DNA of 64,000 nucleotides from a virus (IMGVR_UViG_3300022555_000023:8095-72094); one strand, 5' to 3'. Counted from the first letter of the stretch, positions 46,700-56,013 are shown. Program-made: numbers and translations. The notes: a model not told the origin generated them from the letters alone.

Positions 46700-46945
46700 T
46701 TACTCGCCAGCTTCGGCATGTCTCGTCACCCATGTCGCCCGGCGTACCCGTCGCTGGCGACGCTCGATGTCGTGGTGTCGCTGGCAGTACCGCCCGGCCA
46801 CGGCCTTCTCTGGGCACTTGATGCACAGACCGGCCCGCTGGTGCAGTATCTGGTACTTCCGCTGCCGCGATACATGTTCCATGACTAACCTATACCCGGC
46901 ACCTGAATAGAGCAGACCGTGTCGTTCGGCGTCGTACTGCTCCAC
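46700..46945 (-). CDS. Hypothetical Cys-containing protein of 81 aa
   Basis: ORF. Confidence 0.4.
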   Translation of the reverse strand: MEQYDAERHGLLYSGAGYRLVMEHVSRQRKYQILHQRAGLCIKCPEKAVAGRYCQRHHDIERRQRRVRRATWVTRHAEAGE

Positions 46946-47106
46946 GTGTCGCCGCGTTCATGGCCGACCACGTATGCTTGCAGGAGGCTCAGGCCCTTCT
47001 GAATCACCAGGGATGGTGTAAGGTCGTAAGCATCGCACATGTGGTCGATGAAGGCTTCGGCTTCCGGTGTGAACTCTATTTCCATGATATTACATCCATT
47101 GTCCAA
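46885..47106 (-). CDS. Hypothetical protein of 73 aa
   Basis: ORF. Confidence 0.4.
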   Translation of the reverse strand: MDNGCNIMEIEFTPEAEAFIDHMCDAYDLTPSLVIQKGLSLLQAYVVGHERGDTWSSTTPNDTVCSIQVPGIG

Positions 47107-48949
47107 GGTGGGATCCGCTTTCGTCGCGGGTCACGGTAAGTACACCATCAAACAACCCGCTGTCCAGGCTGCGGTGATCGACGATAAAGATTCGTTTGTT
47201 TTCCACGCGGGCTCGCGTGCGTAGAAAGTCCAGCAAGTCGGCAACACCCTGCACGTTCAGGTGTGCTGTCGGCTCGTCCCATATCTCGCAGTCGCACATC
47301 ACGCCTGCGTAGTCGCTGACCAGCTTCATCATGCCAACCGTAGTCGCTATCCGCAGACGCTGCACCTCGCCGCCGCAGTATGATTCCCACTTCGACGCAA
47401 TCTCCGAACCCGGAGGTGCGATCATGGTCTGCATGCCGTGGGATAAAGTGCCGGCCTTGGTTTTGCGTTCGACGACGAACTCCACATTCCATCCGTCCAG
47501 GCCGAGGGTCGCCACGTCGCTGTTCACGTGCGTTTCAAGCTGACGGAGAGCGTCCTCCATGATGCTCAGCCGCAGGTTCTTGAAGCCGCGGGTGGCCCAG
47601 AACTCCATGAACCGCTCATTCCGCTTCGCCACCCGCAGGTCGAACAGGCAGTCCCGCATGCTTTCGCCGAGGGCTCGCATGTTCTCCAGAGTTTCCTCAT
47701 ATTCCAGGGTGCGTTCACCGCTGGCACTAGCAGTCGCCTCCAGCCTCGCGATATCGGCCCGCACATGACGCAGATCGGCCTCGGATTGCTCGCGGGCGGA
47801 ATCGGTGCGGCGTACCTGGGTCTCCATCTCCTGCCGGGACCGCTGGAGGGTACTGACCGTGCGGTCATGCCCCGCCACCGTCTGGCGGATTTCGGTGAGG
47901 GATCGGCGGGCCTCAGTTTCAACGGTCTCCAGTTCCTGCCGTTTGGTCTTGGCCGCGGCCACCTTGTTCGCCCGCGTTGCAAGCTCGGTGTCGAAATGAT
48001 CTCGCGACACCACCTGCCCGCACTCCACGCAGCGGGGGAATGCCCGCTTCAGGCGTTCTACCTCGCCGCTCAGGCGTATGATCTCGGTTTTCTGGGCGGT
48101 TACCTTGGCCGACGCCCCGGCCTGTGCCGCCACAAGGTCTTCCACCTGTATCTGGGCCTCACGTCTCGCCGCTGTGGCCTCGTCTACGGCCCGCTGGGCT
48201 ATGTGTACCTTTCGCCGCATCCAGGCCACGTCCCGCCGCATAGAGGCTATGTCGGCCTCGTATTGGGTCGCTTCGGCCTCCAGGCGTGTACGGTCTTCCT
48301 CAAGCTGACGGCGGCTGCGGGTGATAATGGCGTCGAGGCTCGCCAATCGGTCGGCCACCTCCTCGTAACGGCCCTTCACCTGGGCTTGGTTGGTGCTGGC
48401 CTCCGCCGCCTTGATGGCTGCGGCGTTAGCGGCGTCCCTGGCTCGGGCAGCACACTCCTGCCAATAGTCCAGGCCAAGAACGAAACTGAACAGGGCCAGT
48501 TTCTCGGCGGGTAGCAGGTCAACGAAGTGGCGGGCGAACTGCCCAACCAATGCTGCGAAGCTGAAGCAATCGAAGTTCAGACCGATGGCTTGGTTCGCTG
48601 CGTCCTGATCGATTTCCTGGCCGTCGAGGGTGATGCTTCCGGGCTGCGTAGACCGCCGCATGATATGCTGCTGGTTGCCCTTCAGGTACTTCACCTCGAC
48701 CGCAGATGATCGCGGCCCGTTCCACGATGCCACTTCCCCGCCACGCAGGCCGCGTGACGTCTTGCCATAGAAACACCACGGGATGGACTCGACGAGGGTA
48801 GACTTGCCCGCACCGTTGGAATGTAGCTGGGGGGCGACGGTGTTGTCACCCCCAATCATGTATAATCCGGGACGTTCAGGAAGAACCCAGCGTGTTTCCT
48901 CGGCGAACGACTTGAATCCCTTCAGGGTGACTTCCTGTATATGCATCAT
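47090..48949 (-). CDS. Rad50/SbcC-like recombination ATPase (T4 gp46-like) of 619 aa
   Basis: Walker A SNGAGKST, a long coiled coil with a CxxC zinc-hook candidate (CVECG), and a C-terminal Walker B/D-loop IFIVDH. Confidence 0.75.
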   Translation of the reverse strand: MMHIQEVTLKGFKSFAEETRWVLPERPGLYMIGGDNTVAPQLHSNGAGKSTLVESIPWCFYGKTSRGLRGGEVASWNGPRSSAVEVKYLKGNQQHIMRRSTQPGSITLDGQEIDQDAANQAIGLNFDCFSFAALVGQFARHFVDLLPAEKLALFSFVLGLDYWQECAARARDAANAAAIKAAEASTNQAQVKGRYEEVADRLASLDAIITRSRRQLEEDRTRLEAEATQYEADIASMRRDVAWMRRKVHIAQRAVDEATAARREAQIQVEDLVAAQAGASAKVTAQKTEIIRLSGEVERLKRAFPRCVECGQVVSRDHFDTELATRANKVAAAKTKRQELETVETEARRSLTEIRQTVAGHDRTVSTLQRSRQEMETQVRRTDSAREQSEADLRHVRADIARLEATASASGERTLEYEETLENMRALGESMRDCLFDLRVAKRNERFMEFWATRGFKNLRLSIMEDALRQLETHVNSDVATLGLDGWNVEFVVERKTKAGTLSHGMQTMIAPPGSEIASKWESYCGGEVQRLRIATTVGMMKLVSDYAGVMCDCEIWDEPTAHLNVQGVADLLDFLRTRARVENKRIFIVDHRSLDSGLFDGVLTVTRDESGSHLGQWM

Positions 48950-48964
48950 TTCTCCTTGAACCGA

Positions 48965-49312
48965 CTACCACGTGCGGTAGATGATCGGGTCGTCCACCCA
49001 CACCACGCGGCGGGTATATCCGTGACGTTGCTCGATGTAAGACGGCGGCTGAACTTGCTTCTTGCAGTTTCGCTGCTCGATACGGGACGGCGGCTGTACC
49101 TGATGCCAGACACCGCACTCGCCGCACTTCCGCCACTCGGGAGCAGGAACCACGGTGATCTCATACGTTGATTCCACCCACACCGGGGCCGGATAGACGG
49201 TGACGTTGTATGTCGTCTCGTCCCACACCTCTTGCCACGCCGCATTCGCCGTTCCGCAAAGCAGCATCATGGCACAAATCAAACCAGCAAACCACTTCAT
49301 GATGACCTCCAC
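48965..49312 (-). CDS. Secreted protein of 115 aa (signal peptide)
   Basis: MKWFAGLICAMMLLCGTANAAW with internal repeats (VTVYPAPVWVEST / EITVVPAPEW). Confidence 0.5.
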   Translation of the reverse strand: MEVIMKWFAGLICAMMLLCGTANAAWQEVWDETTYNVTVYPAPVWVESTYEITVVPAPEWRKCGECGVWHQVQPPSRIEQRNCKKQVQPPSYIEQRHGYTRRVVWVDDPIIYRTW

Positions 49313-49346
49313 AAGTTAGTATAGACCGACTGCCGCCGGCGTTCAA

Positions 49347-49646
49347 TCAACCACTACCGTCGCGGTAGTTTATTTCGTTATCGTCGTCATCTCCACCCGC
49401 AGACGCGTGCAGTAGCACGGCCTCACGTATGCCGCATGCAGCCGCCTGCTGAAAGAACCTAATTGCCTGGTCGGGGAACTCCGTGAACCGCCGGCGTACT
49501 GATTCCACGTCCTCGGTAGCCAGCCAGTTAAATAGGAAGTCCTGCACAGCATCATCTGTTTTCTCCCAGACGCTGCGTAGCTCCTCCAGAGCCATGTCCT
49601 GGTTCGACCGGCCACGCAGGAAAGCAATGCGTTCGTCTTCATTCAT
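49347..49646 (-). CDS. Hypothetical protein of 99 aa
   Basis: ORF. Confidence 0.45.
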   Translation of the reverse strand: MNEDERIAFLRGRSNQDMALEELRSVWEKTDDAVQDFLFNWLATEDVESVRRRFTEFPDQAIRFFQQAAACGIREAVLLHASAGGDDDDNEINYRDGSG

Positions 49647-49882
49647 GATTTCACCTCAGCCGCGTATGCGGCGTCCTCCTCGGCCTGGTTTCGTAAACCA
49701 AGCTCGACGTCCCATGTATTACCTCGTTGTAGGCTACACCACATGAACGATACATTCTTCCCACTATCGGTTTTTACTACATAAGTTTTACCGCTAGGTC
49801 CGCACTCATCGATAACGCCATGTAGCCCACGATGTTCCGCGGGATCGCATAGGACTTCTTCGCCTACACTGAACGTAGTCAT
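49643..49882 (-). CDS. Hypothetical protein of 79 aa
   Basis: ORF with ATGA overlap. Confidence 0.45.
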   Translation of the reverse strand: MTTFSVGEEVLCDPAEHRGLHGVIDECGPSGKTYVVKTDSGKNVSFMWCSLQRGNTWDVELGLRNQAEEDAAYAAEVKS

Positions 49883-50175
49883 GATTTCTTTTTCCCACCT
49901 CGGCGTTCCTCAATCCAGCCTGTAGCCCACTTCCGAGTCACATTCTCCAGAGCCTCACTAGCCAGCTTGGATTCCTTCGCTATGCGGGTCACGTCCTTCG
50001 TCATCTTCTTGGCGATCACGTCGCCGTGCTTGGCCATGATTCGCATGTAGCTGGCATGGCTCGCGAGCTTACCCACTCCCTCAGCCAGAGCGTAACGGAT
50101 GGTGTTCAACTGCGACAGAGTCATGGTCAAGGTGACCACGCTGGTTCGTTTGCTAGAATCAACGCTGATCTTCAT
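49879..50175 (-). CDS. Hypothetical protein of 98 aa
   Basis: ORF with ATGA overlap. Confidence 0.45.
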   Translation of the reverse strand: MKISVDSSKRTSVVTLTMTLSQLNTIRYALAEGVGKLASHASYMRIMAKHGDVIAKKMTKDVTRIAKESKLASEALENVTRKWATGWIEERRGGKKKS

Positions 50176-50468
50176 GATCTGCCCCGCTTTTTCTGTTCCG
50201 GATTACCAGTTCGCACTGCCCGATGCCGTTCACCCATACGTTCCAGCACCATATCAGCCAGCGTGCCCTTAACCCAGGACCGCTTGGCGAAGAACTCGAT
50301 TCTCAGTCGGGTTGCCGGAGGCGAGCAGCCGTTGTGATCGAAGAACGGTGTCTCGTTGCAAAAGTCGCCAACCTGATATTCCTTACCCCGATAGTAGATC
50401 GGGTCTTGGCCGCACCCAAGTGCGTCCAGAATATAGGCGGCCACCTCGGCTGTAACGTAGTTCGTCAT
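50172..50468 (-). CDS. Hypothetical protein of 98 aa
   Basis: ORF with ATGA overlap. Confidence 0.45.
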   Translation of the reverse strand: MTNYVTAEVAAYILDALGCGQDPIYYRGKEYQVGDFCNETPFFDHNGCSPPATRLRIEFFAKRSWVKGTLADMVLERMGERHRAVRTGNPEQKKRGRS

Positions 50469-50830
50469 GATTGGTCTTTCTTCTCTCGCCGGGCTGCTAT
50501 CAGCTTATGCAAAGCATGCCGGGCAGGCGACTGTGGGTCTTTGACCTTCTCGACAGCATCCTTCGACTCCTGGCGGCGGGTCTTGCGTGCTTTGCTGATC
50601 TTCGCCTGGTCGCCGGCATCCAGAAGTTCTACGATGCGGACAGCCAATTCGGTGTAGCGGGCCGCAATAAGATCAGCATGAGCAATCCTACCCGCAGCCA
50701 CCTCCTCGCTGGTCTTGCCAGCGGCGAGATCCTTCCGGACGTATCGCTTCGAGTGTCGCCGATAAGCTCGGGCTTGTTGCAGGGCCGCAAGCGTCGTCAG
50801 CAAATCGTAGCGGGACAGGTGCAGGAACAT
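50465..50830 (-). CDS. Hypothetical protein of 121 aa
   Basis: ORF with ATGA overlap. Confidence 0.45.
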   Translation of the reverse strand: MFLHLSRYDLLTTLAALQQARAYRRHSKRYVRKDLAAGKTSEEVAAGRIAHADLIAARYTELAVRIVELLDAGDQAKISKARKTRRQESKDAVEKVKDPQSPARHALHKLIAARREKKDQS

Positions 50831-51183
50831 CAGCGGCTACTCCGGGTCGATTCGGCCATAATGATTTCGCGGCAAAAACTACATGTGTGGGAGTAAAACA
50901 CGGCGTTCACGCACCCACATCGAACACAGGTCTCGTCTACAGAAACTCCACGCCTTATCAGACACTCGTAGCCGTCAGCGTTGGACGTTAGATCATCCAC
51001 GGCGATCCAGTATTCGGACGTTCCGCGGCTCGCACACCACACGTCCCAGTTCAGGTACAGATCGCCGGGCTTCACCGCACCACGCCATACACGATAGTGT
51101 CCTATCGGCAGTTCAATGACCGCTGGTTTGCCCTCCCGTAGTGGATCGTTGCCGAACTCCTGCGTGATGACCAAGGTATTCAT
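50830..51183 (-). CDS. Hypothetical Cys-containing protein of 117 aa
   Basis: ORF. Confidence 0.45.
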   Translation of the reverse strand: MNTLVITQEFGNDPLREGKPAVIELPIGHYRVWRGAVKPGDLYLNWDVWCASRGTSEYWIAVDDLTSNADGYECLIRRGVSVDETCVRCGCVNAVFYSHTCSFCREIIMAESTRSSR

Positions 51184-51404
51184 CGTTTGCCTCCGATGTT
51201 CACGCCAAACATGGTTTCACCGTGCAGGCAGCGGCAGCACGGGCACATGCACGCAGGCTGGCACGGCATGTTGCCAGGATGACCGATATAGCCCTTGTGG
51301 CCACAGCCTAGATACATGCACTGCACGCCGGTGCTGCCGTCATCCAGCTTGCAGGCCCGGTACGATGGGAAACCCGAAGGTGCTGTGCCGTCGCCGATGA
51401 TCAT
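51180..51404 (-). CDS. Small Cys-rich protein of 74 aa
   Basis: CMYLGCGHKG...CQPACMCPCCRC. Confidence 0.4.
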   Translation of the reverse strand: MIIGDGTAPSGFPSYRACKLDDGSTGVQCMYLGCGHKGYIGHPGNMPCQPACMCPCCRCLHGETMFGVNIGGKR

Positions 51405-51847
51405 ACTTGCCTCTCGACGTAAGTTGTGGAATCTCCCCAGGCCACGCCGGTCATATCCATGCTGATTAATCCTGCCTTGCGAACGTAATGCGTCACCAGC
51501 AAGTCGTTCTCAGGTTCGGGCAGGTAACCTATCGGCAGGCCCAGTTCCGCAGCGAAGAGTCGCTCCTCTCGCAGACCGACCGATTCCTGCCATCCCTCGA
51601 TCTCCGTGATCAGCATCGCCTGGCTACGTTCCAGCATCATGTGGTCGAACCGCTTCCAGTATTCCCAGTCCAGAGGCAGCCCGTGGGCCACAGCAATTGG
51701 GTGAGCATGCACGATAGGTGCGAACACGAAGCACCCGGCCCGCTTCAGAATCGATGCGCAGTGCGTCACGATCTCAAACCGCCGTCGCCTCACATCAGCG
51801 TCCTTGTGCGTGTACGGCGACGATAGGTAGATCAGCTTCCCTGTCAT
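51401..51847 (-). CDS. DUF1937 protein (nucleoside 2-deoxyribosyltransferase-like fold) of 148 aa
   Basis: IYLSSPYTHKDADVRRRRFEIV...GCFVFAPIVHAH matches the DUF1937 consensus. Confidence 0.55.
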   Translation of the reverse strand: MTGKLIYLSSPYTHKDADVRRRRFEIVTHCASILKRAGCFVFAPIVHAHPIAVAHGLPLDWEYWKRFDHMMLERSQAMLITEIEGWQESVGLREERLFAAELGLPIGYLPEPENDLLVTHYVRKAGLISMDMTGVAWGDSTTYVERQV

Positions 51848-52149
51848 TCTTCGTTACTCCCTAATCCCATGCCCGGCCTTACGCATGGCGGTACGGGCAA
51901 ATGATCGACGGTGCAGACCGTGTGGAACTCGCTGTGCTGCCCACGCGTCGTAACCTTGGATCCCAGGTAACTGGCGAGGTTCTCGGTAACCTCCTCCTGC
52001 GTTGCCTTCTTGCTCGTGTATAACTTCAACACCTTGCGAATCTCCTCAACCATGATTTCTCTGGTGAGGGTGATGTCCACCTCGTAGCAGTCAACGTCAT
52101 CGTTGATGGGACTGATGCATCTCAGGTCGGTGGTGTGTGTTACAATCAC
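51844..52149 (-). CDS. Hypothetical protein of 101 aa
   Basis: ORF with ATGA overlap. Confidence 0.45.
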   Translation of the reverse strand: MIVTHTTDLRCISPINDDVDCYEVDITLTREIMVEEIRKVLKLYTSKKATQEEVTENLASYLGSKVTTRGQHSEFHTVCTVDHLPVPPCVRPGMGLGSNEE

Positions 52150-52490
52150 AGCCCGCGCCTCCCTAGTATGCGACGGATGTCGGAAACTCCACTAATCGTG
52201 TTACCAACATTCCGAAACGGGGTCATGTTCCCTGGACGCAAACCGGATGAATTCGTCATCGGCGGTATTGGTTCCAGTTCCCGTTCCTCGGTGATCGGAG
52301 GCCCGCCCACGATGTTACCGTTTCGATTCTTCGCCGGGCGGGCAAGCAAATGCGTCACGGTGTCGTAACGAAGCACGTCGACCTGCTGACGGGTAGTTTT
52401 GTCCCGCACGCCGCGTCGCCATTCAGCAGGAATAGGGACGACATTGTCGTTGTCGTCGAATGCATGTCCCACCTCCCAGTCGATCAGCAT
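52146..52490 (-). CDS. Hypothetical protein of 114 aa
   Basis: ORF with ATGA overlap. Confidence 0.45.
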   Translation of the reverse strand: MLIDWEVGHAFDDNDNVVPIPAEWRRGVRDKTTRQQVDVLRYDTVTHLLARPAKNRNGNIVGGPPITEERELEPIPPMTNSSGLRPGNMTPFRNVGNTISGVSDIRRILGRRGL

Positions 52491-52741
52491 GACTTCAGTC
52501 TCTTTGCTATCGCGTCCAGTTCATCGAGCTTAGCCTTTAACCCACGCCACGCCTGAAGTTCGGTATCGGCCATGAACCCTTGATCCTTCAAGCCGTCGCT
52601 CCACGCGACATAAACCCAATACCGACCGTTGGCGTACCGCGTAATATCGTAATTAGAGAATCCGGGCAGCTTCATGCACTGCCGCTTGATGCTGTTGATC
52701 TCGTTGGCTGGTGCCCGTCTACTTGTTCCCATTGCCGACAC
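52484..52741 (-). CDS. Hypothetical protein of 85 aa
   Basis: ORF. Confidence 0.4.
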   Translation of the reverse strand: MSAMGTSRRAPANEINSIKRQCMKLPGFSNYDITRYANGRYWVYVAWSDGLKDQGFMADTELQAWRGLKAKLDELDAIAKRLKSC

Positions 52742-52786
52742 CTTACAGGTTATTTCTTATGCTATCCAGACACTTGGCTGTCCGCG

Positions 52787-53149
52787 TCAGCCGCCACGCC
52801 GATAGTCGCGGGCGGCTTCATTGTAGCCAGCCGCGTTGCCCTCGGCAATCACGTCCTGTAGAAACCACCAGTACTTCTTCTTGATTTCCTGCCAGGCCGT
52901 CTCACCAGCAATCAGCTTGGCGTACACTTCATCATTCGTCCCATCACACTCCAGGCAAACGAACGGGTTGCCGCCCGGAACGCCAAGCTGGCAACACTGC
53001 GGCGTATTGGTCATGATGAACCGCAGTACATCGCCCTCCACGAAGTCATGCCCGCACAGGGCACAGGCAAACTGGCGATGCCTCGACCACGCCACCACTG
53101 TTGCGGCGTCAACTACATGCTGCTCTCCGTCGCACATTCCCCTGGGCAT
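52787..53149 (-). CDS. Zinc-binding protein of 120 aa (CALCGH...CLECDG)
   Basis: ORF. Confidence 0.45.
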   Translation of the reverse strand: MPRGMCDGEQHVVDAATVVAWSRHRQFACALCGHDFVEGDVLRFIMTNTPQCCQLGVPGGNPFVCLECDGTNDEVYAKLIAGETAWQEIKKKYWWFLQDVIAEGNAAGYNEAARDYRRGG

Positions 53150-53151
53150 GA

Positions 53152-53511
53152 TTAATCCAACCGTTCTACCTTGTCCACAGTGTACTGCGATCCCTGCTGG
53201 GCCGGTGCAATCATGTACTGGTGATAATGAATCTTGACCTTGTGTCCGTCCAGGGCTTCCAGTTGCTGGCCGATGCCGTCGTCGCGGCTGGAGAACTCGA
53301 ACACATTCGTGCCCTTGTCCTCGCCGGACTTCCGCAAGTTGAAGTCGGACAGCTTCAGTTCGCCCTCCCAGGACTTCCAGATCACGCCCTTATTACTGAT
53401 CTTGTAAAGCTCGCCTGTACGCGAACCATCCGAATACTCGGGCATGAAACCGCCGCCTAGCTTGATGGCGGCACAGGACGGGATGAGAATTAGGGCTGCG
53501 ATAATAACCAC
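53152..53511 (-). CDS. Membrane-anchored protein of 119 aa
   Basis: N-terminal hydrophobic segment MVIIAALILIPSCAA. Confidence 0.45.
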   Translation of the reverse strand: MVIIAALILIPSCAAIKLGGGFMPEYSDGSRTGELYKISNKGVIWKSWEGELKLSDFNLRKSGEDKGTNVFEFSSRDDGIGQQLEALDGHKVKIHYHQYMIAPAQQGSQYTVDKVERLD

Positions 53512-53615
53512 GATGCCCAGCTTGGCATTGCCGTCGAGGCGTCTGGGGGACTGATAGGAACGCGTAATGATCTCCTTGGGTCTGGTGTGCCTCGCGTTAC
53601 GTTACGCCCGGCTGA

Positions 53616-54686
53616 TCATTCAGACACAGATGATTCTAGACGTCGCCGCGTCAATTGCCGGCCTACGGTTTCCTCCGGGTTGGCCCGTGGAAACTGCGGG
53701 CCGGCCAAGCACGCCTTGCCCGCTGCCTTCAGGTCGTCGCTGATCTGGTCGGCGTTGCTGGCGCAGTAGTGATTGAACAGGTCACCGGGCGGCAGACGCC
53801 GGGCGGCCAAGTCCATCGGGCTCATGTGGTGAACATCGCGTTCCACGAGCCTGCACCCGCACAGCACGGCCCTTTGGCGTTCGGCAAACTCCTGCACCCG
53901 CCGGCGGCACTCGTTCCAGGTGTCAAACTCGGCCCGCTTCAGCCGCACCTCGATCTTGATCATGTCGCCGGGGTTCACCCGCATATCGGTAAGCCGGTCG
54001 GTGCCATCGATGACCAGCTTCCGCTTGGCCGGGAACGGCGGGTTGATATCCTCGTAGTCCCGACCACTGTCGAAGATCACCCGCGGTATGTATTCATCGC
54101 CGAAGTCAACGTGGTACGGTGCCCCGACATACTCGATGTTCGCCAGCCGCTGCGGAACATGAACGTCCCCGCAGTATACCCTCGCCCGCGTACCCGAGAA
54201 CGTCGAAGTCGGCAGGCCATCTAAACGCTTCCCGCCGCCGATACTGGCCCCGTGGAATGTCTGGTGGGCGAATATGTAGTCGAAGTCGGACATCCTGTAG
54301 CCTTCGGCGTACTGCCGCACAGCCCGCGTGTGAGGCAGGAACAGGCACTTGGACTCGCCGAGGGTGCGCTTGGTAGGCTCCAGAAAGAACTCCACGCCCG
54401 TATGCCGCAGCCAACGGAAGTAGGGCACGTCGGGGTTCACGTAATCGTGGTTGCCCATCAGAACGATAGTCGGAGCGGCGTCGTCGAGGAGTTTCAGCCC
54501 ATCGGCAATAGCGTTCGCCAGGGCCGAAGAGTGTCGATCCTTGGATTCCGTCAAATCCCCAAGGATTATGATATAGTTCACGTGCCGCCGCGTCGCCTCA
54601 CCCGCCAGCCACTCAAAGATTCTCAATCGATAGGCGTCTCGCAGGTTATCGGTCTCGTGCAGGTCGCTGGCTATCAGTAAGTTCAT
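53616..54686 (-). CDS. Mre11/SbcD-like metallophosphoesterase nuclease (T4 gp47-like) of 356 aa
   Basis: Phosphoesterase motifs ASDLH, ILGDLTE and MGNHD. Confidence 0.7.
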   Translation of the reverse strand: MNLLIASDLHETDNLRDAYRLRIFEWLAGEATRRHVNYIIILGDLTESKDRHSSALANAIADGLKLLDDAAPTIVLMGNHDYVNPDVPYFRWLRHTGVEFFLEPTKRTLGESKCLFLPHTRAVRQYAEGYRMSDFDYIFAHQTFHGASIGGGKRLDGLPTSTFSGTRARVYCGDVHVPQRLANIEYVGAPYHVDFGDEYIPRVIFDSGRDYEDINPPFPAKRKLVIDGTDRLTDMRVNPGDMIKIEVRLKRAEFDTWNECRRRVQEFAERQRAVLCGCRLVERDVHHMSPMDLAARRLPPGDLFNHYCASNADQISDDLKAAGKACLAGPQFPRANPEETVGRQLTRRRLESSVSE

Positions 54687-54833
54687 GATGGTTCCTTAAC
54701 TCCGTAGCGGAACGGGCTTGTGATGTAGCCGTCAGTTCCTTCGCATAGTTCGGGCGTGTTCAGGTGGCGGATACATTCACGATACTTGTTGTATCGGGTG
54801 CTGTCCACCCGTACTAACAGACACCCGCACCGT

Positions 54834-55451
54834 TCACATCGCGGCTGAATTGATTCCGCCATTCGTCACCACGCCATAGTATGTGATCAGCAGGGCGTCG
54901 CATACCGCCATTTGCTCCTTCTTCGTCTTCTGCCACACGTCCAGATCGGGCATCAGTTCCTGAGCCCGCTTGCGGATATCCTCTTTGTGTTCAGCCTGGA
55001 GCAGTGCTTTGACCGCCTTGGTCGTCCGTGTGCTGCCGTCCTGCTTGCGGAAGTCCACGGGCACTGGCTTGCGGGTCGTCGGGATGTTCATGGCCCGCTG
55101 CCAAGTGGCGGGCTGCACCTTAACCGGGATGATATCCAGAGCTGTCATGAACGCCAGAAGTCGCCCGTAACCTACGCCAAACTTGAATGCCCCAGCCACG
55201 CCCATCGCATAGGCATGCACGGCCTCGATGTAGACGCTGACGTTGCTTGGATCCGCGATATGCTGCCGCAGCCAAGCCCACAGTTCGTCGTTCCCTTCGG
55301 GCATCCGCTTGACCAACATGATCGCGTTGGGTCCGGTCTCGGTGACAGCCAAGCCACCGTTCATGCCGGGATCGATACCCATGATCAGTCTGCGTTCGGG
55401 AGTGATCACCTCACGCCAGTCGGTAGTTTTAATGCGGCGGCGTTCGGTCAC
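54834..55451 (-). CDS. RuvC-like Holliday-junction resolvase of 205 aa with an N-terminal extension of about 20 aa carrying the MTERRRIKT tag
   Basis: LIMGIDPGMNGGLAV matches the N-terminal catalytic motif of RuvC. Confidence 0.65.
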   Translation of the reverse strand: MTERRRIKTTDWREVITPERRLIMGIDPGMNGGLAVTETGPNAIMLVKRMPEGNDELWAWLRQHIADPSNVSVYIEAVHAYAMGVAGAFKFGVGYGRLLAFMTALDIIPVKVQPATWQRAMNIPTTRKPVPVDFRKQDGSTRTTKAVKALLQAEHKEDIRKRAQELMPDLDVWQKTKKEQMAVCDALLITYYGVVTNGGINSAAM

Positions 55452-55699
55452 GCGGTCTCCAGTTTATGCACCAGCCGTAGAAGCTCGATACCGACGTCCT
55501 TCAGGTCTGGGTAGTGCTGGCTTGCGGCAGCATAGGCCACAGCAGCCTCGCGGCACGAGGCGATGTGGCCTATGCTGCCACCACTGTCCAGACGCAGTAC
55601 GAAGTACACGGCGTTCGGGTCGCACGTCGTACCATCGGCCTTGGTGACCTTATACCGCTGGTGAAGTCCGTTAGGATTCTCTTCGGCTGTTGGTATCAT
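55448..55699 (-). CDS. Hypothetical protein of 83 aa
   Basis: ORF with ATGA overlap. Confidence 0.45.
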   Translation of the reverse strand: MIPTAEENPNGLHQRYKVTKADGTTCDPNAVYFVLRLDSGGSIGHIASCREAAVAYAAASQHYPDLKDVGIELLRLVHKLETA

Positions 55700-56013
55700 C
55701 CTATCTCATCCCTTGGGGTTCGGTTGCTCGGAACTTCACGATCACGCATGGCGTTGATCGCCTCCTGTGCCTTGCCTACGTTGGCGAAGGTACGAATGCC
55801 ATCAGTCTTGGCCACGTGATGCCGGCACCAGCCCGCACCATCGATAGGGAGATGCAGGGCTGGGTTCAGTTCGCAGTGCTCGGCCTCGGCGTTGTGGTTG
55901 CCGCTACAGTCGCTCTCCCTGTAATGAACACAGGTCGAACAGCAGCGTACCGGGTCATGGTAACCCATCTCATCCAGCAGGGCCTTCACCACGCTATCGT
56001 TCTTACTTCTCAC
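55696..56013 (-). CDS. Hypothetical Cys-rich protein of 105 aa
   Basis: ORF with ATGA overlap. Confidence 0.45.
   Translation of the reverse strand: MRSKNDSVVKALLDEMGYHDPVRCCSTCVHYRESDCSGNHNAEAEHCELNPALHLPIDGAGWCRHHVAKTDGIRTFANVGKAQEAINAMRDREVPSNRTPRDEIG

Noticed and set aside
16847-55451. The RRRIQT element interpreted as a DNA-level phage promoter or terminator, or as a repeated extragenic element
   Set aside because: The instances differ at synonymous positions, including switches between CGN and AGR Arg codons. They are always in the same frame. Several start exactly at ATGs that have their own ribosome-binding sites. Conservation is on the peptide, not the DNA.
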